DNA of 64,000 nucleotides from positions 2,947 to 66,946 of the forward strand of contig CAMAWU010000001.1 in assembly GCA_945862025.1 (NCBI GenBank), given 5' to 3'. A program made the translations under genes and the position numbers. Below, piece after piece: positions 50,477 to 57,867 of the stretch. The notes beneath the pieces are model-generated. The model worked only from the letters and a program-made list of their open reading frames with translations. It did not search any database and was not told the DNA's origin. Numbering within the stretch: position 1 is the first letter of the stretch; each line of letters starts with the position of its first letter. This DNA comes from Ferrithrix thermotolerans DSM 19514 (GTDB lineage: Bacteria; Actinomycetota; Acidimicrobiia; Acidimicrobiales; Ilumatobacteraceae).

Positions 50477-51912
50477 GAAGCCACCTTTAGTAATTCTCTC
50501 GAAACAACCACATCATTAAATTCAATTTCTGACTCACCTATTGTTTGAGTCGACTCATGACCTTTGCCAGCAATTACGACAATGTCTCCGCTGATTGCAG
50601 AGGCGAAAGCCTGGGCAATCGCACTACGCCGATCAAGAATAACATAAATCATCTTTTGATGACTTGAATCAACGCCTGATTCAATTTCACTTGCAATTTT
50701 TGCTGCTTCTTCAAATCGAGGATTGTCTGTGGTTATTACTACGACATCAGCAAGATCACTTGCGACCTTACCCATTTTCGCACGCTTGTTATGATCGCGT
50801 CCACCACCGCACCCAAATACAATTATTACTCGAGACGACTTTGAGATAACTTTACGCGCAGCCTGCAAAACATTTTGTAAAGCTTCTGGCGTATGCGCAT
50901 AGTCAACTACGACTCCAAAATTTTGACCAGTCACGACTGACTCAAACCTTCCTGCAATTGCGTCCGCAGCAGCCAAACCTGTTGCAATGTCGCTTGTGGC
51001 GACACCAAGTTTGACTGCTGCGTTCGCGGCAGCTAGCGCGTTCATTACATTGAAATGTCCACCAGTGGCTAGATGAACCTTTTCTCCACGCCAAACAAAA
51101 GAGACGCTCGAGACTTCGGCTTCGATTTCTGAAGCATCGGTTATTCCAAATTCTTGTACTGAAATTTTATTTTTTGGTCTCAAAATTGAAATCAGTTTTT
51201 CACCATAAGGATCGTCTCGATTGATAATTGCAATTTCAGAATACTGTTCAGTAAAAAGTTGCGACTTGGCGGCAAAATAGTTTTCAACGGTGCGATGAAA
51301 ATCTAAGTGATCTTGGCCAAGATTTGTAAAAACTGTCGCGGCAAACTTTGTTCCAACTACTCTTTGCAACACAAGTGCATGGGACGAAACTTCCATTACG
51401 ACGGCTTTAATCCCACGTTCAACTTCTTGTGCGAGGGCTCGTTGAAGATCTGTTGACTCTGGAGTCGTTCGTGCACCAGAAAGAGTCCCGAATACTGTGG
51501 TAGCCCAACCATGTTGCCGTAAAATTGCTGCAAGCAAATGCGCTGTTGTTGTTTTGCCATTTGTTCCAGTGACGCCAATGACTTTGATCTTCAAACTTGG
51601 CCTACTGAATAGTTCTGCTGCGAAAAAGCCCATAGCATTTCGCACATCGCTAACAATTACTTGAGGAGCATCTATCGCTAATCGTCTTTCTGTAAGAACT
51701 GCTGATGCTCCATTGTTAATTGCGTCGGTTACAAAGTTATGACCATCAGTATTTTCGCCAACAACACAACAAAAGATTGAACCGTTACTGCTCTTTTTTG
51801 AGTCATGTGTAATGTCATGAATCATCACACTTGCATCGCCGATGATCTCTGTAATAGCGACCTCGCTTACTCCAGAGATTAATTGCGCAAGCGACCGAGA
51901 TTTTGCGACCAT
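50473..51912 (-). CDS. murE: UDP-N-acetylmuramoyl-L-alanyl-D-glutamate--2,6-diaminopimelate (or L-lysine) ligase MurE
   Basis: VIGVTGTNGKTTTAHLL, the DNPR motif (ITTDNPRFEE) and AGKGHE identify MurE rather than MurF. ATG 51912 sits 1 nt after the ftsI stop. Confidence 0.9.
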   Translation of the reverse strand: MVAKSRSLAQLISGVSEVAITEIIGDASVMIHDITHDSKKSSNGSIFCCVVGENTDGHNFVTDAINNGASAVLTERRLAIDAPQVIVSDVRNAMGFFAAELFSRPSLKIKVIGVTGTNGKTTTAHLLAAILRQHGWATTVFGTLSGARTTPESTDLQRALAQEVERGIKAVVMEVSSHALVLQRVVGTKFAATVFTNLGQDHLDFHRTVENYFAAKSQLFTEQYSEIAIINRDDPYGEKLISILRPKNKISVQEFGITDASEIEAEVSSVSFVWRGEKVHLATGGHFNVMNALAAANAAVKLGVATSDIATGLAAADAIAGRFESVVTGQNFGVVVDYAHTPEALQNVLQAARKVISKSSRVIIVFGCGGGRDHNKRAKMGKVASDLADVVVITTDNPRFEEAAKIASEIESGVDSSHQKMIYVILDRRSAIAQAFASAISGDIVVIAGKGHESTQTIGESEIEFNDVVVSRELLKVAS

Positions 51913-51913
51913 A

Positions 51914-53869
51914 TCAGTGGACAGGACCAAGATCAGTTGGCCGCGGTCCAACGCAGCCCGAGTCTCCCGGAGTAGGACGAACATTTAATTCATTGATTAG
52001 TACCTGACCAATTCGAGCGAAAACTGGGGCGGCTGCCCTACCACCAAATCGATCTTTGGCTGTTGGATCTGGTTCGTCTATTGACACCAATACTGTCATT
52101 TGTGGATTGCTTGCCGGCAAGAAGCCAGCGAATGACGCAAAGTACGAAAACGTTCCATCTTCTGCTTCGTACTTGCCGTTGCTCTGAAGTTTGTATGCGG
52201 TGCCAGTTTTGCCGGCGACACTCATCCCAGATAGTTGGGCAAGTGTTCCAGTTCCGTGACAGACAACATCTGTCATCATCTCAGCCATAGTTTTTGCTGT
52301 TGCCTCGCTTACAACTTGGTGCTTTTCGGACGGTGGCAGATTTGTAGAAATACCGTTCGCATCAATCGTCGACATTATTAATTTTGGTGCAACATAAACA
52401 CCTTTATTCGCAACCGCGTTTACTGCAGAGATCATTTGTAAACCGCTAGTTGTGTAGCCGTAGCCATATGCGAAAGTAATCTTTTCGGTTCCCTGCCAAT
52501 TTTTCGCCGGCTTTAGTACTCCGTGGGACTCATTTGGATAACTCAAAGGAGTTTTGGTGCCAAAACCGAACATCTGTAGATAGTCATGATTCTTTTCGCT
52601 ACTCAGAGTTCGTGAAATTAGAACAGTTCCATTATTCGAAGAGTCAACAATAATTTTGTGAACAGTCATATTTTCTTCCGGGTGAACATAACCATCCGAC
52701 ACTTTGTACTCCCACTGAGTTCCCTTGTCATAAACCTCTTGGTACGGAACTTTGAAGGTCGTTGTGGCATCTACTTTGCCTTCGTTGATTGCTGCGGCAA
52801 TACTAAAAACTTTTGCCACAGAACCAGGCTCGTGAGCTTCAATAGTCGAAAAGTTTCCAGACTCACTTGAATAACTTCCATCGTTGTTGCGACGAATATT
52901 TGACATCGCATATATCTCGCCCGTATCCGTATCCATCACGATCACCGAACCACCACGAGCGCCGACAAATAAGACCTGCTGATAAAGAATCGAGTCAACT
53001 TGAAATTGGATTGTCCGATCAATCGAAGTAACTAATCTTCCACCAGGAATTGCCTCAGTCACGTCACTTGCACCTGCCGCCATCGATTTTCCGTTTGCAT
53101 TTACTTCGCGCGCAATTCGACCATCTTTGCCTGCGAGTACATCTTGATACTGAAGTTCCAGACCAGAAATTCCAAGACCGTCGATATCTGTTCGTCCAAC
53201 AAGTGCCAATAGTCCGCTGCTTGTGAGAGCCCGACCCGATTCGCGATACGAGGAGACCCCTTTAAGACCAAGTGCGACAATAGTGTCAGCAATTTTTTGA
53301 TCTGCTTGACGAGCCAAATAAACAAAACTCGACGACTTGTCTCGCATCTTGATTGCCAGTTCAAGCTCGTTTTCGGGCGTTAGATGCATGATTCCCGCAA
53401 CTACTCTGGCAACCCCTTCAGGATCAACAACTGACCGAGGATCAGCAAAAACAGTGCGTGTCGGAATCGGCAACGCTAGTTCGCGCCCATTTCTATCAAG
53501 AATTGAACCTCGCTCTGCGCGCAGTGTTTGCACGCGGGTGCGTTGGGAGATGCTCGCATCTCGATAGTCGCTAGCCCACTTTGTCTGCAACAGTGCGACG
53601 CGAACTCCGAGCCCAAATAACATTAGGGCTACGACCGAGAACATCATTCGTGTGCGTTTGCGCATCACTCCGGCCTTCAGGTCCTTGGTAAATGCGTCGT
53701 AACCTTTGCCGATTAGAGAATTGGATCGATATGAAACTTCTGCGATGTTCTCGCGGTGTTTATTCATCGCTCGCGCTTTGCGTTTAGAAACTCTGCCATT
53801 ACTTGTAACTCTTTTGCCGTTAGACGCGCCGACACTTTGTACCCGTCGCGCGCGAAGCGATTGACTCAT
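51914..53869 (-). CDS. ftsI: Class B penicillin-binding protein / peptidoglycan D,D-transpeptidase FtsI
   Basis: 651 aa. N-terminal TM, a PBP dimerisation domain and the transpeptidase motifs SVAKVF (SxxK), SSN and KTGTA. Confidence 0.9.
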   Translation of the reverse strand: MSQSLRARRVQSVGASNGKRVTSNGRVSKRKARAMNKHRENIAEVSYRSNSLIGKGYDAFTKDLKAGVMRKRTRMMFSVVALMLFGLGVRVALLQTKWASDYRDASISQRTRVQTLRAERGSILDRNGRELALPIPTRTVFADPRSVVDPEGVARVVAGIMHLTPENELELAIKMRDKSSSFVYLARQADQKIADTIVALGLKGVSSYRESGRALTSSGLLALVGRTDIDGLGISGLELQYQDVLAGKDGRIAREVNANGKSMAAGASDVTEAIPGGRLVTSIDRTIQFQVDSILYQQVLFVGARGGSVIVMDTDTGEIYAMSNIRRNNDGSYSSESGNFSTIEAHEPGSVAKVFSIAAAINEGKVDATTTFKVPYQEVYDKGTQWEYKVSDGYVHPEENMTVHKIIVDSSNNGTVLISRTLSSEKNHDYLQMFGFGTKTPLSYPNESHGVLKPAKNWQGTEKITFAYGYGYTTSGLQMISAVNAVANKGVYVAPKLIMSTIDANGISTNLPPSEKHQVVSEATAKTMAEMMTDVVCHGTGTLAQLSGMSVAGKTGTAYKLQSNGKYEAEDGTFSYFASFAGFLPASNPQMTVLVSIDEPDPTAKDRFGGRAAAPVFARIGQVLINELNVRPTPGDSGCVGPRPTDLGPVH

Positions 53870-54558
53870 GGCGCCGAACCTGTGTTCTCTAAAACTAAGT
53901 CATCTGATGTTCTTGGCTTGGCAATTGCTGCATCCATTTCGCCAGTTGCAGCAAGCACCATTGTCACAACTTCAGCAGGCACATCTTCGAATTTTGCACC
54001 AGAACCTGGCCACATTCCCAAGATGATTGCTTGTGCCCTTAAATAATCTGGCGCCCGCAACTCGGCTCTTTGCTGTCGCAATTCGTTGTAGTGCTGTCGG
54101 GCAAGACGCACATCGGTGCTAACTCTGTCAAGTCGGAGTTGCTGCTCGGCAATAACTGTTTGAAAAATTACGATGAATGCAAGCACCGAGGTCAGAACGA
54201 CTATCAGCATTGTTGCTTTTGAAAACTTTGACTTCGTAATCGGCTTAACAACACGAAGTTCTGGCGGATGAGTTTTGCGCCGCTTAGTTTGTCGCGATAT
54301 TGGTCGAGCGACTGGTCGCGTAACTGGTTGTGTACCAGAGCGAGCGACTGGTCGCGTAACTGGTCGCGTGACTTGTCGAGCGACTGGTCGCGTAACTGGT
54401 CGCGTAACTGGTCGCGTAACTGGTCGCGTGACTTGTCGAGCGACTTGTCGAGCAACTTGTTGCGGTATTGGCTGTGTACCAGTGCGATTTCTCGTCTGCC
54501 GCACAGGCTCGGTTCGCCGATGTCGAATAGGTGGCTGATGATCCATCGCTGCCGACAT
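53866..54558 (-). CDS. ftsL: FtsL-like septum formation initiator with N-terminal tetrapeptide-repeat tail
   Basis: Position between rsmH and ftsI. Bitopic, with the TM helix ATMLIVVLTSVLAFIVIFQTV followed by a coiled coil (AEQQLRLDRVSTDVRLARQHYNELRQQRAELRAPDYL). ATG 54558 sits 1 nt after the rsmH stop. The call rests on position and topology rather than sequence identity. Confidence 0.62.
   Translation of the reverse strand: MSAAMDHQPPIRHRRTEPVRQTRNRTGTQPIPQQVARQVARQVTRPVTRPVTRPVTRPVARQVTRPVTRPVARSGTQPVTRPVARPISRQTKRRKTHPPELRVVKPITKSKFSKATMLIVVLTSVLAFIVIFQTVIAEQQLRLDRVSTDVRLARQHYNELRQQRAELRAPDYLRAQAIILGMWPGSGAKFEDVPAEVVTMVLAATGEMDAAIAKPRTSDDLVLENTGSAP
54301..54456 (-). repeat. Coding tandem repeat, about 13 x 12 nt (tetrapeptides VARQ/VTRP/VARP)
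   Basis: Plus strand shows reiterated gactggtcgcgtaactggtcgcgtaac... It is translated as VARQVARQVTRPVTRPVTRPVTRPVARQVTRPVTRPVARSGTQPVTRPVARP. Confidence 0.9.
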
Positions 54559-54559
54559 T

Positions 54560-55576
54560 TCAGCCCACCGCCCCAGCAAAAGTTTTTTCAACCACTCTCA
54601 GCCGAGCAGATTTAGCGCGACGATTTTCAGACTGTTCCTTAGCGCTCGGATTCTGAGAAATACGCACACGCCGAGCTCGTCGCTGACCGAGTTGAGACTC
54701 GTGCACATACGGTGATCCAATTTTTGGCTCATCGGTATCATTTTCTGCAGACCGAAATACTTGTTTAACGATTCGATTTTCTCCCGAGTGATAAGTCAAA
54801 ACGGCGACGCGCCCACCAACTTTTGTTGCGTCTATTGCGGCTTGGAGTGCCCGCGCGAGAATCTCAAGTTCCTTGTTAACTTCAATTCGAATTGCTTGAA
54901 ATGTTCGCTTAGCAGGGTGCCCTCCGGTTCTACGCGCTGGCGCAGGAATCGCCGAGACAATAATTTCCGACAAGTGAATAGTTGTATTAATAGGTCGAGC
55001 AGCAACAATCGCGCGTGCGATGCGCCGTGCAAATCGCTCATCTGCATTGCTGGCAATCAGATGTGCCAACTCCGATTCTTCGTAAGTATTCACTACATCA
55101 GCAGCACTTACTTCACCACGCTGATCCATTCGCATGTCAAGTGGGCCGTCATTGCGATACGAAAATCCGCGCTCTGCGATATCTAATTGTGGGGACGAAA
55201 CTCCGAGATCAAAAAGCGCACCGGAAATTTGATTGATTGACAACTCTTCTAATACTTGAGTCAAAGAATCAAAACGAGCCCGTCGAATTGTAAGTCGACC
55301 AAAAACCGATTGGTCTTCAACGATCATCCGCTGCGCACTAGCGACCGCGAACGCATCTTGATCTAAACCCAAAATTTGTAACGAGGGATGGGCGTTCAAA
55401 ATTGCTTTTGAGTGTCCACCAAGACCAAAGGTTGCATCAACAACAACACCAGCGGGAACTGTGGCGAAACATTCAACAATCTCATTGACCATCACGGGGT
55501 CATGCGAATTAGAAAACGAATTAGATGTATTGGACTGCGAGTTTTTTTGACTTGTCATGAAAGTTGCGCAACTCAC
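54560..55576 (-). CDS. rsmH: 16S rRNA (cytosine1402-N4)-methyltransferase RsmH (MraW)
   Basis: 338 aa. HDPVMVNEIVE, VDATFGLGGHS, FDLGVSSPQLD and TYHSGE(N/D)R motifs. The start is GTG 55576 or ATG 55558. Confidence 0.93.
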   Translation of the reverse strand: MSCATFMTSQKNSQSNTSNSFSNSHDPVMVNEIVECFATVPAGVVVDATFGLGGHSKAILNAHPSLQILGLDQDAFAVASAQRMIVEDQSVFGRLTIRRARFDSLTQVLEELSINQISGALFDLGVSSPQLDIAERGFSYRNDGPLDMRMDQRGEVSAADVVNTYEESELAHLIASNADERFARRIARAIVAARPINTTIHLSEIIVSAIPAPARRTGGHPAKRTFQAIRIEVNKELEILARALQAAIDATKVGGRVAVLTYHSGENRIVKQVFRSAENDTDEPKIGSPYVHESQLGQRRARRVRISQNPSAKEQSENRRAKSARLRVVEKTFAGAVG

Positions 55577-55596
55577 AACTCGTCACTGCTGTTGCC

Positions 55597-55716
55597 TCGC
55601 TTATCAGCAGCCCCCCGATTAACGGTGCTCTCGGGATTTCTCCCCGAAATACGAGAAAGTAGCGAGCGGAGTTGAGTGCTATCAATCTTGTTAATCGGAA
55701 GACTGCTGATAAGCGA
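55597..55716 (-). ncRNA. Structured leader RNA between mraZ and rsmH, consistent with the actinobacterial mraW RNA motif
   Basis: Three nested helices. 55597-55610 (tcgcttatcagcag) pairs with 55703-55716 (ctgctgataagcga). 55615-55623 (ccgattaac) pairs with 55690-55698 (gttaatcgg). An inner imperfect hairpin ctcgggatttc/gaaatacgag lies at about 55629-55655. It sits in the 199-bp non-coding gap upstream of rsmH. I cannot check it against the covariance model. Confidence 0.45.
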
Positions 55717-55775
55717 AACTCATGCAACTTGTGACGGTTGCGAAAAGAGTTTGTTGCTTGACCTCCCTTGCTCTT

Positions 55776-56189
55776 CTACTCGGTGCCAGCTAGTTCTTGA
55801 GCACCCGAATCACTGATTCGCTGATGGCGCTGTGGATCCCAAATTTCAACTCTGTCAAACGAACCGCTGACGATGACTCTTGAGTTAAGTTCAAGTCCCG
55901 CATATGCGCGCAATTTTTCGTCAACATTTATACGACCCTGGGCATCGACAGTTACTTCAATCATGTTTGATGCCAATGCGCGTTGTTGCTTGCGATCCAT
56001 TTCGCCGCGACGTACTTTTTCCATCGCATCGTTGGCGACTGACAAAAAAGCTTCAGTGGTCAAGACATCAACGCACTTATCGCGACCAAGGGCGAGATAA
56101 CACTTTGGTTCAAGTCTTGGGCGAAAAGCAGCCGGCAGAGCGATGCGACCTTTAGGGTCCAATTGACGCTCGTGTGCACCTACAAACAC
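55776..56189 (-). CDS. mraZ: Division/cell wall cluster transcriptional regulator MraZ
   Basis: 137 aa. MFVGAHERQLDPKGRIALPAAFR and a second SpoVT/AbrB-like half (DAQGRINVDEKLRAYAGL). First gene of the dcw cluster. Confidence 0.93.
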   Translation of the reverse strand: MFVGAHERQLDPKGRIALPAAFRPRLEPKCYLALGRDKCVDVLTTEAFLSVANDAMEKVRRGEMDRKQQRALASNMIEVTVDAQGRINVDEKLRAYAGLELNSRVIVSGSFDRVEIWDPQRHQRISDSGAQELAGTE

Positions 56190-56264
56190 TGATCCTCCGC
56201 TTTGTCCCGAAACCCATTATCTAAACGGGATTTGGAGCTCCCTCCGCTTCCCAATCGCTACTAT

Positions 56265-56312
56265 AACCCATTTTCCCCCACTTAAACACACTATTCCCCA
56301 CTTTTCCCCACA
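56265..56312 (-). promoter_or_regulatory. MraZ operator: five direct TGGGN-type boxes at 10-bp phasing upstream of mraZ
   Basis: The minus strand reads TGGGGaaaag TGGGGaatag TGTGTttaag TGGGGgaaaa TGGGTtatag, 76-123 nt upstream of the mraZ ATG. This matches the published MraZ direct-repeat architecture (TGGGN with 5-nt spacers). Confidence 0.6.
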
Positions 56313-56410
56313 AATTTTTGGCATTGCAGAATCACGAAAAAGCGCTGTTTTGCGGGCTATTTAGTTGCTTTTAACGGATTAGTTACGAGCGAAAAACGAG
56401 CGCGCGAGTT

Positions 56411-57091
56411 CTAGCGCAATTCGGCTAGCGAAATAAGCGAGTCGGCAATCTGACTTAGACCACCACAGACCCCTGTGTTTATTGAATTAAAGCCATTATT
56501 TAAGGCTGGATTCGTCTGGCAGATCCCCGCCAAGTCGAGGTATTTTTCATAAGCATCACTCGACCATCGACTATGCAACACGCACTGAAATCTTGCCATT
56601 TCACGAGTTCTTCGCTGAGAAATTCCAATTAGTTTTTCGCCATGCAGAGTCACTTCGCCAGGACCAAGACCAGCGAAACAAACTAATTCGGATAGTTCAT
56701 TGCGCTCAAGCCCACCACGATGAACTAAAAGTTGATCGCGCGAAGCAACATCATTTTCGGCCAGCGCATCAGCCCACAATTCACCAACCCACCACATTGC
56801 TTGTCCAACATCGTCGCTCCACAACACATCGTTTCGTTCAATCACAAAATCAATCCAAAGATGTTCATTTATGCCGAGATAAACAACGCCACCACCACTG
56901 CGCCGCCGCACAACACTTACTCCATCAAGATCGCAAGCTTGTTGATTAACAATTTCAAACGATTGTTTTGAACCCAGCACGATTGCAGATTCAGTAATTG
57001 ATGATCGCCAAATTGATCTCTCTGCCGGCAACTCTCGAGAATGCACAGCCTGTGGCGAGTCACGTAGATGGTGAACTTTCCAAGAACTCAT
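56411..57091 (-). CDS. Lipoate-protein ligase / octanoyltransferase family protein (BPL_LplA_LipB catalytic domain only)
   Basis: 226 aa. RRRSGGGVVYLG (LplA-type RRxSGGGAV motif) and the HGEKLIGISQRR conserved Lys context. No LplA C-terminal accessory domain. Confidence 0.62.
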   Translation of the reverse strand: MSSWKVHHLRDSPQAVHSRELPAERSIWRSSITESAIVLGSKQSFEIVNQQACDLDGVSVVRRRSGGGVVYLGINEHLWIDFVIERNDVLWSDDVGQAMWWVGELWADALAENDVASRDQLLVHRGGLERNELSELVCFAGLGPGEVTLHGEKLIGISQRRTREMARFQCVLHSRWSSDAYEKYLDLAGICQTNPALNNGFNSINTGVCGGLSQIADSLISLAELR

Positions 57092-57112
57092 TTCAATTTT
57101 TTCAGAAGCAAT

Positions 57113-57610
57113 CTACGAAGCGTATGCGAGATACTGTTTCCATTCTTCAGGAATTCTGCCAACTGAAACTGTTATCCAAGCAAGCTCTCGCGGGGTGTGT
57201 GGTTTGTTCGCCAACAACATCCCTGCTTCGTCAGGGGTGCGATCTCGCTTTTTTAAATTGCAACCGCGACATGCTGCCGCAACATTCTCCCAAATATGCA
57301 TTCCGCCACGAGACCGTGGCATCACATGATCAATGCTGTCGGCTAACCCACCACAATATTGACATCGATGATTATCACGTGCGAATATAGCCCGCCTCGA
57401 CATTGCCGTTCGTCGATGATATGGAACTTTCACAACATACCGCAAGCGAATTACTAATGGACCTGGCATCACGAAAGTTTCAGCACGAACTTGAGTTCCA
57501 TCATCTTCAACAATTTCAGCTTTGTCTGATAGCACCAGACCAATTGCACGACGAGCAGAAACAATTGAAAGTGGCTCGAATGTCGCATTAAGTACGAGTG
57601 CACTTCTCAT
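57113..57610 (-). CDS. HNH endonuclease family protein
   Basis: CQYCGG...DHVMPRSRGGMHIWENVAAACRGCNLKK is an HNH/Zn-finger motif. ATG 57610 (MRSALVLNATFEPL) overlaps the stop of the upstream 85-aa ORF as ATGA. Confidence 0.85.
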   Translation of the reverse strand: MRSALVLNATFEPLSIVSARRAIGLVLSDKAEIVEDDGTQVRAETFVMPGPLVIRLRYVVKVPYHRRTAMSRRAIFARDNHRCQYCGGLADSIDHVMPRSRGGMHIWENVAAACRGCNLKKRDRTPDEAGMLLANKPHTPRELAWITVSVGRIPEEWKQYLAYAS

Positions 57611-57864
57611 CTGAAGTCTTTCACCCAAGTCAGATAACTCAAAACATCGGCCACTTCAACAACATGGTGCTGATCACCATATTGAGTGATTAACCGAAAG
57701 CGCAAGTAGTCCCGTGTGGGTATTGGAAGAAATGGAGATGTTGCCCACCATCGACGCGGAATCAAACGAAACAATTGCGTAACTGCCGTGGGCCATAGAT
57801 TCGGGCGCCGCAAGATGGCGAAAAAAATCGACGCACCAGACTGGATGCTCGATAAAACCCTCAT
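57607..57864 (-). CDS. Hypothetical small basic W/R-rich protein (85 aa)
   Basis: It fills the only gap between the acyl-CoA dehydrogenase stop (3 nt away) and the HNH start (ATGA overlap). No family recognised. Confidence 0.45.
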   Translation of the reverse strand: MRVLSSIQSGASIFFAILRRPNLWPTAVTQLFRLIPRRWWATSPFLPIPTRDYLRFRLITQYGDQHHVVEVADVLSYLTWVKDFR

Positions 57865-57867
57865 GAA

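Noticed and set aside
55521-55727. A 68-aa minus-strand ORF spanning the mraZ-rsmH spacer.
   Set aside because: It overlaps the rsmH start and coincides with the nested inverted repeats. A structured RNA explains the sequence better than a peptide does.
57113-57610. The HNH endonuclease considered as a possible homing, mobile or defence element.
   Set aside because: It has no flanking repeats, integrase or transposase and no compositional shift. The gene is translationally coupled to its neighbours within a housekeeping operon. This small HNH family is widely conserved in Actinomycetota.
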